From assembly GCA_949285835.1 (NCBI GenBank), contig CASEAR010000099.1, positions 1-61,465 of the forward strand: DNA of 61,465 nucleotides. Direction: 5' to 3'. The DNA comes from an uncultured Verrucomicrobiota bacterium (GTDB lineage: Bacteria; Verrucomicrobiota; Kiritimatiellia; RFP12; UBA3636). Position numbers and translations under genes: made by a program. The notes beneath the pieces were generated by a model that was given only the letters and a program-made list of their open reading frames with translations, was not told where the DNA came from and did no database searches. Below, in pieces: positions 37,330 through 46,500 of the stretch; the stretch's first letter is position 1; every line of letters begins with the position of its first letter.

Positions 37330-37422
37330 CGCGTATCGTATAGAAGCCGAACGCAGGAGACACTGCCGTCTATGCAGAAATCTGCGCAGGACGACGCGTA
37401 TCGTATAGAAGCCGAACGCAGG
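37330..37422. repeat. two exact copies of the 28-nt unit CGCGTATCGTATAGAAGCCGAACGCAGG (37330-37357 and 37395-37422)
   Basis: Exact string match with a 65-nt period. The second copy runs into an 11-bp perfect hairpin at 37421-37447 (GGGAAACTGCC / GGCAGTTTCCC). Confidence 0.85.
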
Positions 37423-37909
37423 GAAACTGCCTGTCCGGCAGTTTCCCAACCGTGTTTCTAAAAATCATTCCGCAAGTCTCAACTCGCACATTACATCCGG
37501 AAAACCGCGTATTAACCGGGATCCATGCCAAATAAACCGTACATGCGGAAGACTGCCCAGCCCTCACAAAGCTTTTGGCGGCGCGTCTTCCAACATTACC
37601 GCCGACGCAATACGCCCTCTTTTCACATTCCAATGGGTATTCCGATGCACACACCAAGTTCCGCATACACCGTTATTCCCCGGAAACGCATTTTACGCTT
37701 CCCCATCTTTTATAGGCAGAATGTTATATGCCTTTCTGCAAGCTGTATGAACACTATTCTGTTCGATAAAAACCTGTGATGTTAACATATCATCCATAGT
37801 CGTATTTGTGACGGCAAACTTAACCGCACAGCAAATCAACTTAACCGCTTAGAGACGAGAAATCCCGTACATTATGCCTTAAATCCGATACAAGATTGTC
37901 GGACATCTG

Positions 37910-40648
37910 TCAGTAATCTGCTGAACCTGCCCATGAAAACCTGCTCTCAAAAAAAGAGTGGTTCGATATGCGTAAAACATCAAGCATTGTTTTTTGTTCT
38001 CGTGAAAATACAGTAATCTCGTGATGTCCGCGGCTGAGCTCTATCCGTCCGGTATCATGCCCATCCCAGACATTGACCGGATTCCATGTCCAGAAAGAGC
38101 TGGAACGCCCCTGAAGATCCCATCGACGCGCCTCCCCGCCATCTATAGAAACATAAAAAGAGTCGTGTGTTCCCGTATTTGGACCGGTACTTTTTGTTCT
38201 CCCCCAAATTCTATAGAAACCTGTCTCCGGCACTTCTACATTAAATTGCGCTTTCGCCTCAAAATGCGCCACCCCGTCATCTGCATAAATACAGGCACCG
38301 CCCGATGCTCCCTCAACTGCAGACACGGAAAATCCGATAATTTCTGCAGCTTCTGCTTCATAATCCGATGCCCATACAATCTCCGGCATTACTACAGCAT
38401 CAAGAAAAACCGTTTTGAAGAATCCGGCATCTGTCCTCACTGTAAGAGCCCCTCTGCGCCGCCCCTCGGGAGCTTTGGAAAGATCCATTTTCAAAACAAG
38501 AGTTCTTGTTCGCGGGATATCTCCTTCAGAAGGTTCACAGGAAATCCACTCGGAACTTGGAACCGCATACCAGGAACTACCACTGTTTTCAGGAAAATAA
38601 AATATTACTTTTCCAGCTCGGTTCGTTCCAATATTCACAACTTCAATGTTAGACGAAAGCCGCTTCCGCCCCTCCATATACGGGATCCTTTTTTCATCAT
38701 GAGGATCAAATGCACCAACAGACAGACTGGAACACTTCCCCGATAATCTGTAGTCTCCCGTCTCTGGAGAAACCAGCTCAGGCCTGATAAAAATCGGCTT
38801 GGAAAGAGACGGAGGATCCAGCAGATGTTCCGGGAAGTCTGTTTCTGACACAATATCCCCGCAAAAAGACGCGCCGGATTTGTACCGGTAATTAACGTTT
38901 CCCATATAAAAAACATTTGAAGCACAGTTAATTGGACTGGGACCATCTCCATAGTGTCCGGAGGAAAAACATGATCCGTGTGAAACAATCGTATTCCGGA
39001 ATATTTCTGTCAGGCCCTGATCTTTGAATTTTGCTCCACCGGATTTTACGCCAAAATTGGCATTTTCTCTTTCATCGCCAAGTTCAATCACATTTCTGTA
39101 AATATAACTTGGCCCCCTCATATTAGGCGCACAGCTGATTCCGCAATACGTCCAGCGAAATAAATTCCCGAAACAGCGGACATTCCGCTGTCCACCATCA
39201 AGTTCAATTCCGTCGTCATTGGCAAACGCTACTACGTTTCCATAAAAATCCGTATCTCTGTTTGGCCCGCCGGTAACATACGAATTGTATTCGCCTTCTA
39301 CCCCGTCGTTCCACCAGCTTTCTTCAGAACCTATCATGTCATTGTGCCTTATGACAATATTTCCGTTCGGATTTGACATACTGACTGCAGAAGGGCCATG
39401 CGGATGTCCATAACGCCAGCTGTTGGCGGAGCCGCGCGGCGAATGAATAAAATTTTGTTCTACAGTTATTCTTTCTGCCCCTTTGTGTATTGATATCCCC
39501 GACTGTATATTTATTGCCTTTCCCAGCCCGTTTGTCGCTACACCGCGACTGTCTGCAGTCCCCTTTTCCCCCCATTCAGAAATATCGCATCCGCGGATAA
39601 TTACATCATGAGATTGTTCCACTCTCACGGCATCATCATCTCCGCCGCAAATAACAAACCCCTCAAATACTACAAACTCTGCGCCGTCAAACCGCACCGC
39701 ATTGGGACCGCACCCTTTTTTCAGAGAAATCCTGCCTCCCCTTTTTTCCGGAATTATTTTCACCCATGCATCCCGCGTCCCGCGTTCGGAGACCACAAGA
39801 GCATTTTCCGATCCTTCCATTTCCGGGATCCTAACAACGCGTCCAATTTTTTGCTCGCATGGCCATGTTGCTGCTTTAGAACAAATGCTTCTTCCGGAAA
39901 CCAACGCCTTGAACATCACTTCGTATTCAGTTCCGGGACACAGGCCCAAAATACTTCCGCGGGCTTCTCCCTCCGATCTGCGCATCACCGGATGTCTGGC
40001 CTCTTCCCATTTTTCATTTCCGGCTTTTCTGTATAAAATTCTGCCTTCTTCCCTGATATCCCAATCTCCGGAGAAAGAAACAGTAACTCCCATAGACTCA
40101 TATGTAGGAACACATTCCAACTTCGCAGGAATCATTGGCCTGCGCTCCTTTTCCCCGAGATCTTCCGCAGATATACCGCGAAATAGGACTTCCGCTCCAA
40201 TATATTTTTTTTCACGCTTCCACCGACACAAAATTTCCATTGTATCAGCATTGCCAGTATATATGTCCGATTTCACACGTGTCCATTGATATCCGGAAGA
40301 GGGACTAAGGCTGACGCGTTCAAGCTCCTTTTTCCCAGAAAAAAGCTTAACCTGTATGAATCCGCACCCCGGTATTGAACTGCGAATCTCCCCGGAAACA
40401 GCAATACATCTGTTCGTGCCTACATGCATCCTCTGCAGCACCTGCCCCTGCATTGCAGAAACTTTTACCGGACTTACACACAAAGTCCCGTCCTTTATTC
40501 CGCAGACTTCTCTGCCGACATCTTTTGGGAAAACCCACCCAATTGGGCGGCGCGAGGCATCTGAAGCAGAAAAATCGCCGTTTACCAGAATATCCGTGCA
40601 TAAACCCGTATAACAAAAAAACATAACTGCATACGCCATGAACTTCAT
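37910..40648 (-). CDS. secreted right-handed beta-helix enzyme with N- and C-terminal carbohydrate-binding-like modules
   Basis: Start trimmed to MKFMAYAVMFFCYTGLC. The N-terminal ILVNGDFS... is CBM4/9-like. NVVAFANDDGIELDGGQRNVRCFGNLF matches beta-helix (PbH1) repeats. The C-terminal region GFYRIWGRTKSTGPNTGTHDSFYVSIDGG is CBM/malectin-like. Confidence 0.7.
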   Translation of the reverse strand: MKFMAYAVMFFCYTGLCTDILVNGDFSASDASRRPIGWVFPKDVGREVCGIKDGTLCVSPVKVSAMQGQVLQRMHVGTNRCIAVSGEIRSSIPGCGFIQVKLFSGKKELERVSLSPSSGYQWTRVKSDIYTGNADTMEILCRWKREKKYIGAEVLFRGISAEDLGEKERRPMIPAKLECVPTYESMGVTVSFSGDWDIREEGRILYRKAGNEKWEEARHPVMRRSEGEARGSILGLCPGTEYEVMFKALVSGRSICSKAATWPCEQKIGRVVRIPEMEGSENALVVSERGTRDAWVKIIPEKRGGRISLKKGCGPNAVRFDGAEFVVFEGFVICGGDDDAVRVEQSHDVIIRGCDISEWGEKGTADSRGVATNGLGKAINIQSGISIHKGAERITVEQNFIHSPRGSANSWRYGHPHGPSAVSMSNPNGNIVIRHNDMIGSEESWWNDGVEGEYNSYVTGGPNRDTDFYGNVVAFANDDGIELDGGQRNVRCFGNLFRWTYCGISCAPNMRGPSYIYRNVIELGDERENANFGVKSGGAKFKDQGLTEIFRNTIVSHGSCFSSGHYGDGPSPINCASNVFYMGNVNYRYKSGASFCGDIVSETDFPEHLLDPPSLSKPIFIRPELVSPETGDYRLSGKCSSLSVGAFDPHDEKRIPYMEGRKRLSSNIEVVNIGTNRAGKVIFYFPENSGSSWYAVPSSEWISCEPSEGDIPRTRTLVLKMDLSKAPEGRRRGALTVRTDAGFFKTVFLDAVVMPEIVWASDYEAEAAEIIGFSVSAVEGASGGACIYADDGVAHFEAKAQFNVEVPETGFYRIWGRTKSTGPNTGTHDSFYVSIDGGEARRWDLQGRSSSFWTWNPVNVWDGHDTGRIELSRGHHEITVFSREQKTMLDVLRISNHSFFESRFSWAGSADY

Positions 40649-40667
40649 ATTATTCCCCGATGTAACA

Positions 40668-41747
40668 TTATTGTCGGATTTTACCCGGTGCTGGTCCGGC
40701 AGATTCTCTCCATACAAACTTCATTTTCACTACACGTCTTCTCAACTTCGCCTCAGGATGCTCCAAACGATGTGTTACCAAATCCATAACCGCGGAAATC
40801 AGTCCTTCGTGATTTCTGTCTATCGTCGCCAGAGGGGTATCCCAAAGCGGCAGTGCCGCCGAGTCGTTCAGGCCCACTAATCCGACATCTTCACCGAGTT
40901 TTATCCCATGAAGCGTCAAGTATCTGGCTAGCGCCATCTCACCTATGTGGTTTACACATAATATGGAGTCAAATTTCATTCCATTTTCTAGTGCCGATTT
41001 TATACATTGCCGATACGCCTCGACCTTTCTTTCAAGCACAGACAACCTGCCAGGCACTGTCAAAACAGAAATATTATTTCGGCAAATTCCATTCATTTCC
41101 AAAGAACGCCTGAAAACCTCTGTTTTCCGCCGATCAGTGGGATCCTCCATATTTACAACTATTGCTGGATGTTTACGTCCTGTTTCCGCAAAATAGGAAG
41201 CCACCTCTTCAATAGCAGAATCCCTGTCATGAATTATTTGATCCGAAAAAACTCCTTGGAATTCCCACGGAACAATCATTAAAACCGAATGAAACTTTCC
41301 CAACACTGTAGAAATTTCTTCGCATTCTTCCAACATCCATTGCGCTGCACGAAAGACAAGTCCGTCTATACGTCTGACAAGGAGTCCATTCAAAACATCC
41401 AGAAGTCCAGTTATCGTGTCCGGATGCTCTACTTGATACGTTGCCTTGCCAAGCTGCTGCAGCCTTGTCAGCACAATGTTCCCGACTTCACCATCAAGGC
41501 ACTGGTGATCCACATAGTGCCATATGCATGCCACAGATTCCGTCCGGCCACCTCGCAAACCTCCGGCCAGCGGATCCGGCTTATAGCCCATGGACAAAGC
41601 AATCTTTCTTATCGCTTCCGCTTTAGCAGTTCCCACTCTGGCGTTTCTGCCGCCGCCGCCTAATGAAAGAGCTGCGCCAACCGTACTCTTGGAAACGCCC
41701 GCCGCACGCGCCACATCTGTCAACGAAACTCGATTTATGTTTCTCAT
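40668..41747 (-). CDS. LacI family transcriptional regulator
   Basis: Start trimmed to MRNINRVSLTDVARAAGVSKSTVGAALS (HTH). Sugar-binding-domain-like remainder. Confidence 0.85.
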   Translation of the reverse strand: MRNINRVSLTDVARAAGVSKSTVGAALSLGGGGRNARVGTAKAEAIRKIALSMGYKPDPLAGGLRGGRTESVACIWHYVDHQCLDGEVGNIVLTRLQQLGKATYQVEHPDTITGLLDVLNGLLVRRIDGLVFRAAQWMLEECEEISTVLGKFHSVLMIVPWEFQGVFSDQIIHDRDSAIEEVASYFAETGRKHPAIVVNMEDPTDRRKTEVFRRSLEMNGICRNNISVLTVPGRLSVLERKVEAYRQCIKSALENGMKFDSILCVNHIGEMALARYLTLHGIKLGEDVGLVGLNDSAALPLWDTPLATIDRNHEGLISAVMDLVTHRLEHPEAKLRRRVVKMKFVWRESAGPAPGKIRQ

Positions 41748-41749
41748 GC

Positions 41750-42262
41750 CTATCTGATATGCACAACAGTACACTTGTCTACCCAGTAGGACAAATATAC
41801 ATCATCCACCCATATTTTAGCGCCGGAAACATTTTGCGGCATGTATATGTAGAATAATCCGTAGGTCGAATCGTCGGGAGGAACAATTCGCTCGTTCTCA
41901 CGGTATTCCCATTCCTCCGGAAACGGTGAACTCAATATTCTGGAGGAGCCAATTTGTTTATCCTTTTCGCTGAACCACCGAATCTCCACGCCTCCACCTG
42001 AACCCAAACATTTTACCCAACAGGATGCAGTAAAGATGTCGCCATCGTTTACATCGAAACGCTGAGAACCGGCACGCCAAAAATGCAATGACTCAAAAAA
42101 AAGCGAACGCGGCGCTGAATGATACTCATTAGTACTTGTACTTGCACCAGACCACCCGTATGTGGAAGTAAAATCGGCACTTTTTAAAATATTTTCTCCA
42201 GCACCAAATGCAAAACAGCTTAACAAGCACATAATTGCCGCAAAACAGCTCAATTTATACAT
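41750..42262 (-). CDS. small secreted carbohydrate-binding-module-like protein
   Basis: Start set at MYKLSCFAAIMCLLSCFAFGA, with a GGAGG Shine-Dalgarno 7 nt upstream. ENILKSADFTS...GWSG... is CBM4/9-like. The stop abuts the LacI start. Confidence 0.6.
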   Translation of the reverse strand: MYKLSCFAAIMCLLSCFAFGAGENILKSADFTSTYGWSGASTSTNEYHSAPRSLFFESLHFWRAGSQRFDVNDGDIFTASCWVKCLGSGGGVEIRWFSEKDKQIGSSRILSSPFPEEWEYRENERIVPPDDSTYGLFYIYMPQNVSGAKIWVDDVYLSYWVDKCTVVHIR

Positions 42263-42328
42263 GCTAACCTCCGTCATGTTAGTCAATTCAATAGCATACC
42301 CCCCGCCAATATGCCAGTTGTTTCAATA

Positions 42329-42348
42329 TTGACGGAACGTTCCGTCAA
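42329..42348. promoter_or_regulatory. perfect 20-bp palindrome TTGACGGAACGTTCCGTCAA, candidate LacI-type operator
   Basis: Read directly from the sequence. It lies 67-86 nt upstream of the first gene of the CBM-LacI-beta-helix operon. The CG-centred dyad is typical of LacI-family operators. Confidence 0.55.
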
Positions 42349-42406
42349 TGTGCATATTAACACTTTTGCTCCACTATTCAAAGAATAAATTGCTGCAGAA
42401 AAAAAC

Positions 42407-42994
42407 TTGATTTTGCGGTATCATATTCCTGAAAAGCAAGAAAAACCGTGCAGTAAGGAAAGAGACAAGTATCGAAAAACGTGTCAGAACCAGGAATTGC
42501 CGGAGATTGGTCTGTATTTTTCAGGGCGTCTGAATCCGGAAAACCGCTGGGTAAAAATGGCCGGTCTTGTTCCCTGGGAAGAGGTGGAATCAGAGTATGC
42601 CAGACACTTCAAAAGCCATGGCCGAGGCGAAGTTGATTTGAATGTGCGTACTGCACTTGGCGCCTTGCTGATCAAGAAAATACTTGGTCTGAGCGATCGT
42701 GAAGTAGTGGAAAGCGTGATTGAAAATCCGTATCTTCAATATTTTCTCGGCTTCAAGAGCTTCCAGACGAAGGCCCCGTTCAGCGCCTCGCTGCTGACGC
42801 ATTTTCGTAAACGTCTGCCCGGAGAAGTTGTGATGTCGTTGAATGACAAGATAATCGAGTTAGCGAAAAAATCCAACAGCCCGGAAAAGAATCCTCCTCC
42901 GGACAGAGATGGTGTACCGCCCGAGAATTCAAGTGCAAGTGAGGAGGAAAAATCTGGAGCAAAAAAGCTGTACGTTCAGCAAAGTGTAAAAAAA
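42407..42994 (+). pseudogene. truncated IS5/IS1182-type transposase (only the DUF772 / InsH N-terminal domain remains)
   Basis: LNPENRWVKMAGLVPWEEVESEYARHF...ALLIKKILGLSDREVVESVIENPYLQYFLGF...LLTHFRKRL matches the transposase N-terminal domain. No DDE domain follows, and the reading frame runs into the antisense tRNA. Confidence 0.65.
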
Positions 42995-43070
42995 TGGTGG
43001 CGAGGAAGGGAATCGGACCCCTGACACGGGGATTTTCAGTCCCCTGCTCTACCAACTGAGCTACCTCGCC
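42995..43070 (-). tRNA. tRNA-Phe(GAA): tRNA-Phe (anticodon GAA), CCA encoded
   Basis: The reverse complement folds by hand into a cloverleaf: GGCGAGG TA GCTC AGTTGGTA GAGC A GGGGA CTGAAAA TCCCC GTGTC AGGGG TCCGATT CCCTT CCTCGCC A CCA. Confidence 0.9.
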
Positions 43071-43143
43071 ACTTCTGACACGCAACAAACGAATCAAACT
43101 TCGCTAGGCTAGCATATTGCATGACTATATGTCAAAGCATTTT

Positions 43144-43242
43144 TTACCGGGAAGTACCCGCAAAGTTGCAGAATGTAACGGCCATACCCAAAGTAAGGAT
43201 TACAGACATGAAAAGAAACACCCAAAAGAGGTGCATCCGCAT
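43144..43242 (-). CDS. candidate micro-ORF in repeat copy 2: MRMHLFWVFLFMSVILTLGMAVTFCNFAGTSR (32 aa)
   Basis: Hand translation. Same frame and hydrophobic pattern as copies 1 and 3. It ends 73 nt upstream of the tRNA-Phe 5' end on the same strand. Confidence 0.35.
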   Translation of the reverse strand: MRMHLFWVFLFMSVILTLGMAVTFCNFAGTSR

Positions 43243-43285
43243 TGCTGATGTACAGATGCGCAAACTCCGCGAACAAAACTGCCTT
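43144..43285 (-). repeat. intergenic repeat family, copy 2 (core only; the extended arm is largely deleted or diverged)
   Basis: By-eye alignment of 43167-43285 with copies 1 and 3. Confidence 0.75.
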
Positions 43286-43392
43286 ATATTGTCGTCGGAC
43301 GGACTAAGTTCAATTTCAGGAAAGGGAATTCCGATAAGAAACTGGCTTACTTTTTCACACCGCACCTGATTCTCTACGGTTTTGTCTTTTAA

Positions 43393-43410
43393 TTTTCTGA
43401 ATTCAGAAAA
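43393..43410. terminator. 18-bp perfect palindrome TTTTCTGAATTCAGAAAA; possible weak or bidirectional terminator after the 1287-aa gene
   Basis: Read directly from the sequence. It is AT-rich, so the stem is weak. Confidence 0.35.
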
Positions 43411-43538
43411 ACAATATGCAACTGTGCCGCGGCACGGGAAAACCTAACGCAGCAGAATAAAACAGGTTCATATATCAGAGGTAAATCTTAATTTGCAAGA
43501 GCACCAAGATATTCCCGCTAAAAGTACGTTACACGTTT

Positions 43539-46500
43539 TCAGGGTTCAGCAATTAACACCGGACCGTACTTTTCCGGGCGTTTACCATCCGTTCCTCCAA
43601 TCCCGCCAAACCATTCAAGATATCCCTTACGCCCGTCCTGTATAGAAGGCTTTTGTCCGTCATTGTCGTTTATTATCAAAGCAAACGAGCTCGGAGGGGC
43701 TGAACCGGGCTTCTGCCCGACGGCCTCCCATGGGATGCGCATCCGCATGGTATATTCTCCGTCATTTATTGATCCGCATGCAATCGGCATCTGCTCAGAT
43801 TTGTTAAGATTCGCTGCCGGAGGGCGGTCTCTGCGAACTTGTGCAGACCCGTCAGGAAAGACTGCTGCCGTAAATTCATAATCGATACCATCGAAAACCA
43901 TTGCAAATTGCACAGAATCCCCTTTCCACATCTCGTCTGAGGAAAAGTTCTGCACGTGTTTGTCATCTTTTACACAGACGGCAACGTATATGTTAGACGA
44001 ATCAGACCCCACAGCAAATTCACCGGAGAGATCGGACGTTCCTCCCCACCGGTTATCAGAAAATTTACCAATGGGAACAAACTGATATTCTTTTCCAAGA
44101 AAACATCTTTTTATGACATTTTGTTCTGAAAAAAAATAAGAAGCAAAATTTCGATCTGCATTATTCCAATAAAGTGCGCCGGACACGGCTGCATCATCCC
44201 CATCGTACTGCAAGTAACCCGGTTTGCCGTCCAGTATTACAGGATTTAATGAAAGTTTTCCTGTTGTAACCAGAAATTTGTCTATTCGAGTTTTTAAAAC
44301 AATGTTTGTTGTTACACTGCCGAATGCCGGGATCTTAACTTTTTCAGGTGATATTCCGTACGTTGGCGACAGCCAATCACGGATCCCTAGATCTATTTCA
44401 CGATCGAATGGAAACGGATTTGAAATGTCTATAGCAATGGATCCATCTCCCCGCGTGCTGGTTTTAATTGGGATTGAATTATCCACATTTACAGAAACTG
44501 CCGCAGACATATCTCCGATATGTGCTTCCAAAACATACTGTCCGCTTTTCAAAGAGTCATTTGCTGTAAAAAGAATTCTGTGTTCTGGCACAGACACAGC
44601 ATTCCATCCGGGACCAGCCACACCCGATATTGTAGACCCCTGCATTTCAGGAGCAGAAAATACAGACACGGGAAAAACAGAACCGCCGGTTCCTTCCTTT
44701 CTCAGCGCAGAAGCTGATAAAAGATGCGTTTCCGAAAACTCAAAAGGGGAATCGATTTCCAGAAAAAACGGCTCTCCGGACACTGCAAAAGTAACCAATC
44801 CAGCTATGGGCTTCACGTTTGAGACATTGCCCATAAGATCAATTTTCCGAACCTCTTTGTCTCCAGTATGCAGAGAAATTGTTCCGGCATGTCCCTCTGT
44901 CCACACCGACATAACGGTTTTTTGCACTTTGTTGGTAAACACATATGCGTTGACATTTCCTGCAAGCGTTTCGGCATATGAAAAACAAAATCCGTTCAAC
45001 GCGCGGCACATTGTGTTATACGAGACAAACCTCGGTTCGGGAGACCCGTCTGACTTAAGCAGTCCGAAAGTCATATGAGAAGACTCCTCCTCATCGTACC
45101 CCTGATCCTGCATATTGTAAGTAACCATCACATCAAGAAAAGGGATGCTCAGTCCTATCATGTACTGGCGAATCAGCCGGCATGTGTCTCTCCATTCTTC
45201 ATCAGGATTTTTCCCACCGAACCCAAGTTCTGTGGCCCAAACGTCCATATCAGGGAATCCAGCATCGGACATAATTTTCTTAACGGCATACATTCTGCTC
45301 CGAAAGTCAAGATTTCCGCCGGTTCCCATCCATACGGGAGGAGGATTGGCCGATGGATTTCCGCGCTCTGGAGCTACCCCATGGTATGGATGCACGGAAA
45401 TAGCGTCCATGTTCGGAGCCCTGCCGTCCGAAGAAGCTGCAACTTGCCTGATATAGTCGAAGTCTGTTCCGCAGCTTGCTATCCCGAGTATAACGGAATC
45501 AGGAGAGACCTCCTTTACAGAAGAGAACGCATCTTCCAACAACTTTGAATAATCTTCCGAATTCGGTTTTCCACGCCACCCTGGAGAAATATTCGGTTCA
45601 TTCCAGATTTCAAATACATTAACCTTTCCTGCAAGTGCCTTGCTGAGCTGGCGCAGGCGCAGCGAATAACGCATGCGTGCATCCGGAGAAGAAGGAGCCC
45701 GCTGCGCACCGAGATAATCAACGTAGTTGCCAATTATGCCTATATTTTCCGTGAGTAAAGAATCATCCCACCCGAAAAAACCTGTATTGTTAACTCCGAT
45801 CAAATTATCCTTGTTGTCAAAAAAGCCTTTTATATCTTCCCGTATCCACCCGGCTCCAAGCTTACGCACAAGAGAAATAAGACCTGCTCCGCCGCCGACA
45901 TACTGTGATCTTCCCCATGGTCCCTGCGCAAGATGAAGCTGTACACCGAACCGGCTGCCTGCATCTGGTTTCCCTTCCTCCCGAATCCATGCCAATCTGC
46001 ATGTTAGAGGTTCTCCGGCAACATAGGTTTTAATCGTGTAATGACCGAACTTTTTCAGGTCAAAACTGATGCGCTTTTCAAGTTTTTTCCCGGGATCAAT
46101 CTTTTCCCCTCCTTCATGGATTATAGCGACAGTGCGCAAAGCGTGATCCTGCAATTCAATTTTATCTACTCTAATGGGAACGTCACTTCCATTGGAATAA
46201 GTAAGGTCTATAAAACCCGGCCGCTCGTGTTCTCCCCAAAATATCGGCGGAGATTTACAGATATCAAAACGGGCCCATACTTTTTTCGCCGCACGAATAG
46301 AAGATCCCGGAACATACAGCACCCCGTTGCCTGCCACAATGCACGATGCATCATCAAGACGCACTGAAGCCCGCCGTATGGAGTCGTTTCTGAGATCGTC
46401 ATCCGTTACAGAAATACGGAAACAGACTTTGGCCCCAAACAATTTAGCATTCTTGTCTTGTATTCCGTTCCCGAATGGAATATCTGACAAATTTACTTTT

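Noticed and set aside
37330-37447. Possible mini-CRISPR array (28-nt direct repeats with a 37-nt spacer).
   Set aside because: There are only two repeat copies, no cas genes anywhere in the window, and the repeats sit in a terminator-like context.
42407-43024. Intact IS transposase or active mobile element.
   Set aside because: Only the N-terminal DUF772-type domain is present, with no DDE catalytic domain. The ORF tail is low-complexity and overlaps the tRNA, and no terminal inverted repeats were seen.
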